Both the position numbers and the translations under genes were made by a program. Source: Cyanobacteria bacterium P01_A01_bin.123 (GTDB lineage: Bacteria > Cyanobacteriota > Cyanobacteriia > Phormidesmidales > Phormidesmidaceae). From it: a stretch of 64,000 nucleotides of DNA. Of this stretch, positions 19,086 through 29,219 are shown in pieces. Every line of letters begins with the position of its first letter. Position 1 is the first letter of the stretch. Under the pieces are notes generated by a model that did no database searches, was not told where the DNA came from, and saw only the letters and a list, made by a program, of their open reading frames with translations. The stretch spans positions 1-64,000 of the forward strand of contig JBCBZT010000038.1 in the NCBI GenBank assembly GCA_039815185.1. The letters are read 5' to 3'.

Positions 19086-20426
19086 ATGCCCCTTAATCTC
19101 GACACCTTCATCACCACCCTCGACCCTATCGAAACCATCCGCGATCCCAACCAGATCGACAAGCTCTCTAAGGACTACTACTACTTTAGTCCGGTATTAA
19201 AGGCAAAGCTGGATGACAAAATCGCCGACATCGTAGTGCGCCCAAAAACTGAGGCGGAAGTATTGCAGGTGGCTAAGGCTTGCGTAGCCCAGCGGATCCC
19301 GTTGACGGTGCGGGGGGCGGGTACGGGCAATTATGGCCAGTGCATTCCTTTAGAAGGGGGGGTGATTTTAGACCTGACGAAACTCAACGCGGTGAAGTGG
19401 GTAAAGCCAGGGATTGCCTGTGTGGAAGCGGGGGCAAAGCTTTCAGCCATTGACAAAGTCACCCGTGAATCGGGGTGGGAAATTCGCATGTATCCCTCCA
19501 CCTACCGCACAGCAACCATTGGCGGTTTTGTCGGTGGGGGCAGCGGTGGCATTGGCTCGATTACCTATGGACAACTGCGCGATCGCGGCAGTTTGCTCGC
19601 CGCTCGGGTGGTCACCTTAGAAGATGAACCCAAAATTATCGAGTTGCGGGGGGATGCCGTGTTTCCCGTCACCCACGCCTACGGCACCAACGGCATCATT
19701 ACCGAGCTAGAAATTCCCCTCGGCCCCGCCTATCCCTGGAGCGACGTAATTGTCTGCTTTGATGACTTTATGGCAGCAGCCAAGTTTGGCAAAGTACTGG
19801 GAGACTCAGATGGCATTATCAAAAAGCTAATCAGCGTCCACGCGTGGCCGATTCCGGGTTATTTTGCCGCCCTCAAACCTTATTTGCCTGAGGGTAAAGC
19901 TGCTGCCCTCCTGATGATTGCCGAACCTTGTTTAGAACCCTTTGGTGAACTGGTAAAAGAATTTGGCGGCACGATTACCTATGAAAAAGCTGCCAAAGAT
20001 GCTGCCAAGGGGACGCTGCTAGCAGAATTCACCTGGAACCACACCACACTCCACGCCCGCAGTGTGGATCCGACCCTCACCTATTTGCAAACGATGTTTC
20101 CGGGTGATCCAGATCTGAAGCTGGTGGAGCATATGTGCAATCACTTTGGCGATGAGGTGATGATGCATTTGGAATATCTGCGCATGGACGGCACGGCAAT
20201 CCCGGCGGGGTTGCAGGTGGTGCGCTACACGACTGAAGAACGGCTGAATGAAATCATCCGCTATCACGAGGAAAATGGGGCGTTTATTGCCAATCCACAC
20301 ACATACATCTTGGAAGATGGCGGTCGGAAGACAATTGACTTTGAGCAGGTAGATTTTAAGGCGAAGACGGATCCCTATGGGTTGTTGAATCCAGGGAAGA
20401 TGCGGGGTTGGCTAGAGCGGGAGTAA
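19086..20426 (+). CDS. FAD-binding oxidoreductase (FAD_binding_4/GlcD-like)
   Basis: [29 protein letters not shown] and [10 protein letters not shown] motifs. Start moved past the repeat-derived poly-Pro extension. Confidence 0.9.
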   Translation: MPLNLDTFITTLDPIETIRDPNQIDKLSKDYYYFSPVLKAKLDDKIADIVVRPKTEAEVLQVAKACVAQRIPLTVRGAGTGNYGQCIPLEGGVILDLTKLNAVKWVKPGIACVEAGAKLSAIDKVTRESGWEIRMYPSTYRTATIGGFVGGGSGGIGSITYGQLRDRGSLLAARVVTLEDEPKIIELRGDAVFPVTHAYGTNGIITELEIPLGPAYPWSDVIVCFDDFMAAAKFGKVLGDSDGIIKKLISVHAWPIPGYFAALKPYLPEGKAAALLMIAEPCLEPFGELVKEFGGTITYEKAAKDAAKGTLLAEFTWNHTTLHARSVDPTLTYLQTMFPGDPDLKLVEHMCNHFGDEVMMHLEYLRMDGTAIPAGLQVVRYTTEERLNEIIRYHEENGAFIANPHTYILEDGGRKTIDFEQVDFKAKTDPYGLLNPGKMRGWLERE

Positions 20427-20514
20427 CCGGATGATGCGTTAATTCTGTTTCCTATGTCTGATGCATTACGCTATGACTAATATGCATCATGGGCCAGTAG
20501 CTGGGAGGAGAACC

Positions 20515-21171
20515 ATGGTTGCCACCGCACCTGAACCCAAATTTGACATTCGCGCTGTTGGTGAGCAACGGGCTGTCTTGCAGGGGCTCTCTTGGGATGC
20601 CTATTTGCAAATTTTGAATGTGCTACCCCAATCACGGGGGGCAAAGTTAACTTATGACAATGGAGTCTTAGAAATCACCGTGCCGCTGGAAGACCACGAA
20701 TTCTATGGTCGGTTGATCGAACGGTTTATTTTGACGTTGGTTGAGATGATGGGGCTGCGGATTAAAACGATGGGTTCCACGACGATGAATTACCCCCAGT
20801 TGAATAAGGGGGCTGAACCTGATAATGCATACTACATTCACAATCAGCCCTTGGTGAAAGGCCGTAATGTCAATTTCAGCCAAGATCCGCCCCCGGATCT
20901 CGTGGTTGAAGTTGATATTACCCATACAGATATTGCCAAAAATCAGTTTTATGCGAGCTTGGGTGTGCCTGAGTTTTGGCGGTTTGATGGTAAGGTTTGG
21001 CGAATTTATGCGCTGCAAGAGGGGGCATATGTTGAGTGTGACCAGAGCCCAACGTTTCCTGCTGTGCCGAAGGCGTGGATGTATTCGTTTTTAGAGTTGG
21101 CGAAGGTAGATGAAATTGAGGCAGTGCAGTCTTTGCGAAGTTGGTGGCGTGGGAATAAGGCATCTTTATAA
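20515..21171 (+). CDS. Uma2 family endonuclease-like protein
   Basis: EPDNAYY, PPPDLVVEVDIT and LGVPEFWR motifs; GGAGG RBS. Confidence 0.9.
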   Translation: MVATAPEPKFDIRAVGEQRAVLQGLSWDAYLQILNVLPQSRGAKLTYDNGVLEITVPLEDHEFYGRLIERFILTLVEMMGLRIKTMGSTTMNYPQLNKGAEPDNAYYIHNQPLVKGRNVNFSQDPPPDLVVEVDITHTDIAKNQFYASLGVPEFWRFDGKVWRIYALQEGAYVECDQSPTFPAVPKAWMYSFLELAKVDEIEAVQSLRSWWRGNKASL

Positions 21172-21247
21172 TGAGACCTGTTGTATCTAGCAAAAGCAGC
21201 GCGATCGCCCTGAAATGATATTGCATGAATCCGATACGGTTATTGAT

Positions 21248-21271
21248 GTTTGCGATGCAACGCACCCTACA
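21248..21271 (-). repeat. REP copy, left member of a 24-bp perfect inverted pair
   Basis: Reverse complement TGTAGGGTGCGTTGCATCGCAAAC equals 23561-23584. Confidence 0.9.
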
Positions 21272-21353
21272 GCGATGGGCGATGGCACTATCAAATCTAT
21301 AGGGAGTCACTTCGAGTTTAATATTAATTGCTGGCAAAGGAGTTTTTGTTAGT

Positions 21354-23534
21354 ATGAAATGTCTGCATGTAAATCTTACACATTGTTATGGAATCAAATC
21401 ACTCAGTGCAAAGTTTGATTTTGATACCAAAGGAAATGTTTTTTCAGTCTATGCCCCAAACGGAGTTATGAAAACTTCTTTTGCCAATACATTTCGTGAT
21501 TTATGTTCAAGCCAAGACACTTCTGACCGAATCTGGCCAAGCAATAATACAGAGCGGAATATTGCCGATGAAGATGGTGAACCACTCACCCCAGAATGTA
21601 TTTTTGTAATAGAACCCTACAATGAAAAATTCAGATCTGATCGGATTTCAAGACTTCTAGTAAATGATAGTTTGAGAGAAAGATACGAAGAGATATATCT
21701 AGAGATAGAGAAAAAAACAGAAGTACTTGTTAAAGGCCTCAAACCTTTGTCAGGTCTAAAAAAAGAAATTTGTGAAGAGTTATCAAATGCGATTACACAT
21801 GATCGTAGTGAATTTCTAAGGGCAATAGCACGAGTAAAGTATGAGGTAGAGAATGAAGAAGATACTCCTCTGGGAGATGTAACGTTTAGTACGATTTTCA
21901 ATCCAAAAGTTGAGCCTGTACTGTCAGATCAAAGTTTTAGAGAAAAAATAAGAGAATACGTAGAAAAATATGACGAGTTAGTTAGTAAATCTACCTTTTT
22001 CAAGAAAGGTGTTTTCACTCATAATAATGCAGTGGATATTGCCAAGAATCTGAATTCAAATGGATTCTTCAACGCTAATCACTCTGTATATATCCGTATG
22101 GATGGCAAAAAGACTGAGATACGTTCGTTGGAAGAGTTAGAAAAAGCTATTCAAGTTGAGAAGGACAAAATTCTTACAGATGAAGATTTAAGAACTGCTT
22201 TTGAGAATATTGACAAGCGGCTAACAAAGAATGCAGACCTAAAGAAGTTTCGCCTATGCCTAGAGAAGCACCAAGTTATCTTGGCTGAGTTAAACAATCC
22301 AGATAGTCTCAAACAAAAGCTATGGATATCGTATTTAATACGTTTGAAGGATGACTATTTGGCTCTTATGCAATGCATTGATTCTGGCAAAGAGGAGCTA
22401 AATAGAATTGTCGAAGAGGCTGCGAGTCAAAGAACACAATGGGCAGAGGTAATCAGTATATTTAACGATCGATTTTCAGTCCCATTTGTGGTTCGCATGG
22501 ATAATCAAGAGGATGTGATATTGAAGAGCGATGCTCCAAGTATATGTTTTGATTTTCTGCAGGATCTCAATGATGATGACTCTGATTCGGTGTCTATTGA
22601 GGAAGATATACTCAAGTCAGTGTTGAGCAATGGCGAAAGAAGAGCTCTTTACATTCTCAATATTATATTTGAGGTAGAAGCAAGAAAAGCTTCAGGTCAA
22701 GAAACTCTATTCATCGTGGATGATATTGCAGATTCGTTTGATTATAAAAATAAATATGCAATTATTGAATATTTAAAGGCAGTTAGTGAGGAGCCTTTCT
22801 TTAAACAAATAATCTTGAGTCATAATTTTGACTTCTATCGTACAGTTTCAAGTAGACTGAATTTAAAGCGCCAAAGTAGGATGCTTGCAAGTAAAATAAG
22901 TGGAAAAATTGTTTTGCAGGAAGAGGTATATCAAAGATCGGCACCGTTTTCTCACTGGAGGAGAAATCTAGGTGAAAATGCAATGTTAATTGCATCCATT
23001 CCTTTCCTTCGTAATCTTGCAGAGTTTTCTGGCGATGATTCCTCATATACCAGGCTGACATCACTTCTGCATATCAAATCTGACACAGATAATTTTACTA
23101 TTGGAGATTTGGAATCTCTAATTAAACATATATTGTATGATCAAGATTCTTTGGATTTGTCGAGCAAGGAAGACCTGGTTATAAATGTAATCTATCAAGT
23201 CTCAGATAATTTACTGAATGATGATACTGAAACGCTTTCACTTGAAGATAAGATAGTCCTATCAATTGCGATTAGGCTCAAGATTGAGTCTTTTATGATT
23301 CGAGAGATAAATGATACTTCCTTCTGGGAAGGAATCACTAGCAACCAAACAGTCAAATTAATAAATCGTTATAAAACTGATTTTCCAGATGAGAGAGATA
23401 ATATCCGACTACTCGAAAGAGTGAATCTAATGACTCCAGAGAATATACACCTGAATTCATTTATGTATGAGCCAATATTGGATCTTTCAGCGCACCATTT
23501 GAAGAAATTATATTGTAGGGTATGCACCTGTTGA
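21354..23534 (+). CDS. AT-rich ABC/AAA_13-type ATPase with long coiled coil and C-terminal helical domain (defence-like)
   Basis: Walker A variant YAPNGVMKTS, signature LSNGERRA, Walker B/D-loop IVDDIADSFD, H-loop LSHNFDF. Confidence 0.8.
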   Translation: MKCLHVNLTHCYGIKSLSAKFDFDTKGNVFSVYAPNGVMKTSFANTFRDLCSSQDTSDRIWPSNNTERNIADEDGEPLTPECIFVIEPYNEKFRSDRISRLLVNDSLRERYEEIYLEIEKKTEVLVKGLKPLSGLKKEICEELSNAITHDRSEFLRAIARVKYEVENEEDTPLGDVTFSTIFNPKVEPVLSDQSFREKIREYVEKYDELVSKSTFFKKGVFTHNNAVDIAKNLNSNGFFNANHSVYIRMDGKKTEIRSLEELEKAIQVEKDKILTDEDLRTAFENIDKRLTKNADLKKFRLCLEKHQVILAELNNPDSLKQKLWISYLIRLKDDYLALMQCIDSGKEELNRIVEEAASQRTQWAEVISIFNDRFSVPFVVRMDNQEDVILKSDAPSICFDFLQDLNDDDSDSVSIEEDILKSVLSNGERRALYILNIIFEVEARKASGQETLFIVDDIADSFDYKNKYAIIEYLKAVSEEPFFKQIILSHNFDFYRTVSSRLNLKRQSRMLASKISGKIVLQEEVYQRSAPFSHWRRNLGENAMLIASIPFLRNLAEFSGDDSSYTRLTSLLHIKSDTDNFTIGDLESLIKHILYDQDSLDLSSKEDLVINVIYQVSDNLLNDDTETLSLEDKIVLSIAIRLKIESFMIREINDTSFWEGITSNQTVKLINRYKTDFPDERDNIRLLERVNLMTPENIHLNSFMYEPILDLSAHHLKKLYCRVCTC

Positions 23535-23560
23535 TGTTAATCAGCAATCGCAGTCGATCT

Positions 23561-23589
23561 TGTAGGGTGCGTTGCATCGCAAACGCACC
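23561..23589 (+). repeat. REP copy, right member (GTAG + GGTGCGTT..AACGCACC)
   Basis: Inverted partner of 21248-21271. Confidence 0.9.
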
Positions 23590-23881
23590 GATATAGAGGT
23601 AACGAGCCCACACCTCAATGAACATCATGACAGCGGTTTATCAATACGATTACGCTTTATAAAAAGCTATTTTTCCAATCATTATGGCGGCCAATTAACC
23701 CTCAATTCTGCCTTATCTATATCTCGTCAAAAGCTTAAGGAGCGTAGTGTGTGGCAATAAAGTGCTCAGTTGATGTCGTTGGCCAGTGCGATCGCTCAGA
23801 AATCCCGTAAAAAACAATGGGTAATTGTCCTATCCTACTGCGACTAGATAGGATAGAGATATCTTCAATACTGAGGATCCT

Positions 23882-24559
23882 ATGGTTCAAACACCCGCCG
23901 TATCCCAGGCTTTGTACCCTGACTCAGACGGTAACCCCATAGCCGACAATACAATCCAATATCGCTGGATTGTTCGTCTAGTCACCAACCTGAAGCAACT
24001 CTTGAAGGGGCAAACTGCTTTTGTGGCAGGTGATTTACTCTGGTACCCGATTGAAGTCGAAACGCCACCAGCACCGTCTCAAGCGCCAGATGCCATGGTG
24101 GTTTTGGGTCGTCCAGACGGCGACCGTGGCAGCTATAAGCAGTGGGAAGAAGAAAACATTGCACCACAAGTGGTCTTCGAAATTCTATCGCCCAGCAATA
24201 GCGCCAGGGAAATGATGGCCAAGCAAATTTTCTACGGAAAATATGGTGTTCTGGAGATGTTCTTTTACGATCCAGACTCTTATGATTTTTGGGGACTCGT
24301 GCGGGAAACAGCAGAAGAGGATTTCATCCCGATCATGCCGATAAACCTACCGTGGGTTTCTCAAGCGTTAGGGATTCGCTTTGAATTATCAAGCGATGGC
24401 TTACACGTTTTCTATCCCAATGGAGAAGAATTCAAAGATCCGGGGACGTTTATTGAGGAGCGTGATCAGGCGAATCAAGAACGTGATCAGGCCCAAGCAG
24501 AGCGCGATCGCGCTGTTGCCAAGCTGCGTGAATTAGGAATTGATCCCAATCAAATTTGA
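23882..24559 (+). CDS. Uma2 family endonuclease-like protein
   Basis: YPDSDG.P.ADNT, APDAMVV.GRP.G.RGSY and VVFEILSP motifs. Confidence 0.9.
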   Translation: MVQTPAVSQALYPDSDGNPIADNTIQYRWIVRLVTNLKQLLKGQTAFVAGDLLWYPIEVETPPAPSQAPDAMVVLGRPDGDRGSYKQWEEENIAPQVVFEILSPSNSAREMMAKQIFYGKYGVLEMFFYDPDSYDFWGLVRETAEEDFIPIMPINLPWVSQALGIRFELSSDGLHVFYPNGEEFKDPGTFIEERDQANQERDQAQAERDRAVAKLRELGIDPNQI

Positions 24560-24617
24560 CGGAATGATATTAGCAGGCGCTTATTGCAAGCTGACGTTAG
24601 CATAGGACTCTCGCATC

Positions 24618-25190
24618 ATGAATACACCCGCTCATGTCGTACTCAACCTGCTGTGTGTTGGGCGCCATGATATGACATCGGTCATTACCCCTGTGGTCGT
24701 CGGTGCGATTTTGCCCGATGCGCCGATGTTTGTGATGTACTTCATCGCCAAAGTGATTTGGCGGCAACCCGAAAGCGTGATTTGGATGAAAACCTATAAC
24801 CAAGCTGGCTGGCAGAATTTTATTGACCTGTTTAATTCTGTTCCGCTGATGTTGGTTGGTCTAGGGCTGTGTTGGTGGACTGATTCCAAACTGGGGATGT
24901 TGTTGTTTATCAGCATGCTGATGCACATCGCAGGGGATTTGCCCCTGCACCACGATGACGCTCACCGCCATTTTTTCCCATTGTCTAACTGGCGATTTTA
25001 TAGCCCCGTCTCCTATTGGGATCCCAGGTATCATGGCAGATTCGTAACCATGCTTGAGGGATTGGGGGTCGTCTTAAGCTGCGGAGTGTTATTTCAGACC
25101 TATGACTCGGCAGTTGGGAAAGTTGCGATTGGGCTGGTTGGGCTAAGCTATGTCGCGTATTTCGCATATGCCTATATTGTTTGGGGTTAA
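24618..25190 (+). CDS. Membrane protein, YdjM-like putative metal-dependent hydrolase
   Basis: MNTPAH, GAILPD, H...D.PLHHDDAH.HF.P and SPVSYWD motifs. Confidence 0.7.
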   Translation: MNTPAHVVLNLLCVGRHDMTSVITPVVVGAILPDAPMFVMYFIAKVIWRQPESVIWMKTYNQAGWQNFIDLFNSVPLMLVGLGLCWWTDSKLGMLLFISMLMHIAGDLPLHHDDAHRHFFPLSNWRFYSPVSYWDPRYHGRFVTMLEGLGVVLSCGVLFQTYDSAVGKVAIGLVGLSYVAYFAYAYIVWG

Positions 25191-25222
25191 GCGCTGCTGC
25201 CCAGGCCTGGGCAGCAGCGCTT
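25189..25222. terminator. Perfect 34-bp palindrome between convergent genes
   Basis: AAGCGCTGCTGCCCAGG|CCTGGGCAGCAGCGCTT. Confidence 0.6.
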
Positions 25223-25263
25223 GCTTTGCAATCCTGTAGTGTGCAAAGACCCAGATACAGTTC

Positions 25264-25758
25264 CTAGAACAGGCTAAAGTTATAGCCTATGCCCAGGATG
25301 AGACCGACGTCGGTCTCATTGTCGCCAAACCCTACATTGACCCGAGTCGTCGCCGTAAAGGTTCTACCAATGGGCACATCTACCCCTGCACTGATGAGTG
25401 GATCCACCTCGCCATGGATCGAAACACCCCCCCCAATGAATGGAATTGCCGTAATTCTTCCATTAGCATTGGTTAGCGGTACTTCTCCAGTCAGTGCGAT
25501 CGCAGAGGTTGTCTCATCACCAAAGATAGTTGAGGAGCGTACAGATAGATAATCAATAATCCTGGTTCGATTGACAATGGCAAAGCCGCCTTCTCCTATG
25601 GCAGAGTCATCACCGCTGAGTCCAATGTTTCCACCAATGCCAATATAGCTACGGGGTGGTTTAGGCTCATCCTCTTCGGTTTGCTGCGCTAGGGCAGGCA
25701 TCCCTAGCAAGAGACTCGCAACGACCCAGAATAAGGCAACCTGTTGTATCTGTACCAT
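25264..25758 (-). CDS. Small outer-membrane beta-barrel-like protein
   Basis: Signal peptide; SYIGIGGNIG; alternating beta strands; C-terminal GIGYNF. Confidence 0.7.
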   Translation of the reverse strand: MVQIQQVALFWVVASLLLGMPALAQQTEEDEPKPPRSYIGIGGNIGLSGDDSAIGEGGFAIVNRTRIIDYLSVRSSTIFGDETTSAIALTGEVPLTNANGRITAIPFIGGGVSIHGEVDPLISAGVDVPIGRTFTATTRVNVGFGDNETDVGLILGIGYNFSLF

Positions 25759-26044
25759 GCAGTTTTTTCCTAGAAAGGGTGGGTAATAGGGTAAGTTTTT
25801 TTTGCTTGCGTATCTAGGCAATTAATGAGTACCTACTTACTTTTATGATGGGTATTAGATACTGTCAAGCTTTTCAGGGCTTAATTCTGGGAGAAGGATT
25901 CCCTTTAAGCACTTGGGTTGATCAATATGGAAGAAGTGGCTTGTGCAGGTCAAACATCATGGTGGCGATCGCGACACTTATATGACCTGGATGTCAGTGT
26001 ATCCGAAGACTAGTCCCTCCGCAGGCTAAGCTAGGGTTAAGGGG

Positions 26045-26701
26045 GTGAACGCAATGGTCATGCGATTTCACGACCGTACTGATGCCGGACGACATCTAGC
26101 CCAAAAGCTTTTAGATTATGCCCATCGACCTGATGTGTGGGTGTTTGCCTTGCCTCGGGGTGGGGTGCCAGTAGCCTATGAGATTGCGATCGCGCTTGGT
26201 GCTCCCCTGGAAGTCTGCGTGGTGCGCAAGTTAGGTGTACCAGGGCAAGAGGAATTAGCGATGGGCGCGATCGCGCCCGGAAATATCTGCATTCTCAATC
26301 GGGGTATGATTCAAGCCCTGGAGATTGAGTCCGTTGCCATTGGTCAGATTGCCGCCCAAGAACTGCAAGAACTGAAACGTCGCGATCGCTGTTATCGAGG
26401 CGATCGCCCCTTCCCAGATTTAAAGGATCAAATCGTTATTTTGGTCGACGACGGCATTGCCACGGGGTTTACCTGTCGGGCGGCGATCGCCGCCTTAAAG
26501 CAGCACAATCCAGCCCAAATTATCGTGGCAACTCCAGTTGCTTCAACGGAAGCTGTGATCAGCTTGAAGACTCAAGTCGATCACGTTGTCAGCTTGCTAC
26601 AGCCTGCTCCGCTAAGATCTATCAGCCTTTGGTATGACCACTTTGACCAAACGCACGATCGAAAAGTTTGCGATCTATTGGCCCAAGCTAATGGGGAATG
26701 A
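26045..26701 (+). CDS. Phosphoribosyltransferase family protein
   Basis: F.DR.DAG..LA, LPRGGVPVA and ILVDDGIATG motifs. Confidence 0.9.
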   Translation: MNAMVMRFHDRTDAGRHLAQKLLDYAHRPDVWVFALPRGGVPVAYEIAIALGAPLEVCVVRKLGVPGQEELAMGAIAPGNICILNRGMIQALEIESVAIGQIAAQELQELKRRDRCYRGDRPFPDLKDQIVILVDDGIATGFTCRAAIAALKQHNPAQIIVATPVASTEAVISLKTQVDHVVSLLQPAPLRSISLWYDHFDQTHDRKVCDLLAQANGE

Positions 26702-26806
26702 TGGCCAGCGCTCAACTTGTTGAAGCGAAAAGGTCTGATTCAGTCAGAATGCGAACGTCAGCATTCATGCCCAGTTAACGTCTGACGCCTCGATTCTGCA
26801 TTCCTT

Positions 26807-27094
26807 TCATTCCAAAAACCGTAGTAGCCGCACTTTGGGAGACTCAAGTTCAGCATATTGAGTGGAATGAACTTCGATTTGCTGCAACTGGCCTAACGCC
26901 AAGCTACAGGGCATACCATATTTGGCCTGGACGCGATCGCTGGCGATTTTTAATGCTGTTCGCGATCGCTCAACAAAATCGGAGAGGTCATAGCTTTCAC
27001 CCGGGGTGAAGTAGTCTTTGACAACCAGTGATGGGGAGTAGCAGGTTTCTTCAGCGCCGTCGGGCCATTGGATTTTGAAGCGAATTTCGGGCAT
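26807..27094 (-). CDS. MSMEG_0570 family nitrogen-starvation protein
   Basis: MPEIRFKIQWPDG...CYSPSLVV...ASDRV.AKYG.PCS.A. Confidence 0.88.
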   Translation of the reverse strand: MPEIRFKIQWPDGAEETCYSPSLVVKDYFTPGESYDLSDFVERSRTALKIASDRVQAKYGMPCSLALGQLQQIEVHSTQYAELESPKVRLLRFLE

Positions 27095-27176
27095 GTGAGT
27101 GAATGGTGAGGTAATGGGGTAGCGGGATGGTGGGGTGGCTAGCGATTGGTTTGACGCCTCTCTTATCGCTCCTGAC

Positions 27177-28313
27177 TCAATCAAGGCGTTGGTAATGTTT
27201 GAGATGCAACTGGGCTGAACGATGCCAACTGTATTCAGATAATACTGAATGGTTTTGGGTTCGGGAAGCCTTGGGGTCAACAAATAGGGCTTGAATCATC
27301 GCCTTAGCGATGGTACTGGCGTCATTGGGATTGGCCCAGCAGGCTTGGTTGGGTTCGAGGAATTCGGTGAATGGGGGTTGTTGGGAGATCACGATGGGGA
27401 GACCTGAGGCGATCGCTTCGAGCACAACTAATCCCCAACCTTCTCTAACAGATGGGAAACAAAAAACATCAGCGCAGCGGTAGAGGGCAGGCAAATCGGC
27501 AGCGGGGATGACACCCGGTAACACGAGAGATGGCCCAACGTCGATGTTGAGGGTTTTGGCGATTTGAAAAAAGCGATCGCGATAGGGCTGGTAGTCAAAC
27601 AGGGTTGCGCCTCCGGCGATCGCGAGTTGAGCTTGGGGATATTGATCAAGTACTTGGGCAAAGGCTTCGAGTAAGCGAATAGAATTTTTACGCGGTTCGA
27701 TGCCGCCGACGGTGAGATAAAGTGGGGAACCCGTCAGCCCGTAGCGCTGTTTCAAGGCGGCTTCTTGGCCAGACAATTGAGTTGAAAAGCGTTGTGGGTT
27801 AACGCCGTTGATGATCCGTGGGGCCTCAATGCCGTAGTCGGTTTTGAGAATTTTTTGCCAGCGATCGCTGACGCAAAGACATAAATTGGGGGTACGAATG
27901 GATTTATCCTGGCACTGCTGCAAGTAGGGACTGGTGTAGTCTTCAATGTGATGAACGGTGCGGACAAAGTGGGAAATTTTGCCTTGCTGGCGCAGTTCTA
28001 GTAGGGCATTAGCTCCGATGCAGTCTTGGGCATGGTAGATGTCAAAGGAAAGTGGCTGATCAGTTAAAAACGTCGCAAATTCTTGAATCCGCTGCTGAAT
28101 GAGCGCATCAACTTCCTTGGAGGCAGCTTTTGCGGGGACCAAACGGACTATACAAGCCAAAGATTGCTCAAATCCCTGACCATCTTTATCGAGGGCGAAC
28201 ACAGAAACGCTGTGATTCAATGCCGTCAGTGCTGTGGCTAGCTCCAGCGTATGGATAACACTGCCCCGGGGTTTAGTGGAATAGGTTAATAGGGCGATTT
28301 TCACGGGTGACAC
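27177..28313 (-). CDS. MSMEG_0565 family GT4 glycosyltransferase
   Basis: LLTYSTKPRGSVIH, HAQDCI, VGGIEPRKN and FPSVREGWGL motifs. Confidence 0.9.
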   Translation of the reverse strand: MSPVKIALLTYSTKPRGSVIHTLELATALTALNHSVSVFALDKDGQGFEQSLACIVRLVPAKAASKEVDALIQQRIQEFATFLTDQPLSFDIYHAQDCIGANALLELRQQGKISHFVRTVHHIEDYTSPYLQQCQDKSIRTPNLCLCVSDRWQKILKTDYGIEAPRIINGVNPQRFSTQLSGQEAALKQRYGLTGSPLYLTVGGIEPRKNSIRLLEAFAQVLDQYPQAQLAIAGGATLFDYQPYRDRFFQIAKTLNIDVGPSLVLPGVIPAADLPALYRCADVFCFPSVREGWGLVVLEAIASGLPIVISQQPPFTEFLEPNQACWANPNDASTIAKAMIQALFVDPKASRTQNHSVLSEYSWHRSAQLHLKHYQRLD

Positions 28314-28475
28314 ATATTGATTTGTTCAACGGCTTCAGGTTATCAGTTAAGACAACCGTTTATCGTCGAAGTTCTATATCTCAGAAGTTGGTCAATTGAG
28401 TAATGGCAAAACGAGCATCATGACTTAGAATTTAGGCATTTCTCATCCATGATTTCCTCTCCTAGGGAAAACTTT

Positions 28476-29216
28476 ATGTCCGTCACCTTTGATGACATCA
28501 TCAATGATTCCGATTCTGAAGAGGGCTTTTTGCAAATCTTTCAAGATGCTTTTTCTGAACAGGGGCAGCCATTACTCGAGCCTCACCAAACAATTTTAAC
28601 CGCTTGTTATAAAAATCCAGAGCTATCACCAACACTGAAAGGTAACACACCGGAAATTCTAGCTTGCTCCTGGCTGAGAAAGTATTGAAATAGCTTCGAA
28701 AACAGAATCTCAAGAAGAATTTCAAATCCTCCAGGAACAGTCGCTGATCCAATCGTCAGCTCAATTATTAATGCCAGATTGACAGGACTAACAAACGAGC
28801 ATCTTGAACAGATTAAATATGCTCATAGACTGTCAATGTCGGCAGAGAATATTCAAGGATTATTGTTAGAGGAATTTCTTGCTGAACAACTTTCTAAGTA
28901 TGGTTGGTATTGCTGCTGGGGAGAATCTATTCGTCACGTTGATTTCTGTAACGTTGATGGTTCTCTCTTGCAAGTGAAAAACCGTAGCAATTCGGAAAAT
29001 AGTTCATCTTCTAGGGTAAGAATTAACCAGCCTATCGAGAGATGGTACAGAGTTGATGCTAGGACAGGGGGATACCGATGGTCATATTTCAACGAAAAGT
29101 ACAATACAGATAGCTTCTCTGAAGAAAACTTTGTCATGTTTGTTCGGCAGACCTTAACAGAAAATCCAGATGCCTTAGCCGTAGAAACAAACAATCCTTG
29201 GCAATTCTTGTCTTAA
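28476..29216 (+). pseudogene. SinI-family type II restriction endonuclease, in-frame TGA at 28686-28688
   Basis: ORFs 28449-28688 and 28779-29216 are in frame (WLRKY*NSFENRIS). Motifs HRLSMSAENIQGLLLEEFLA, VDF and LQVKNRSNSENSSS. Confidence 0.85.
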
Positions 29217-29219
29217 TTA

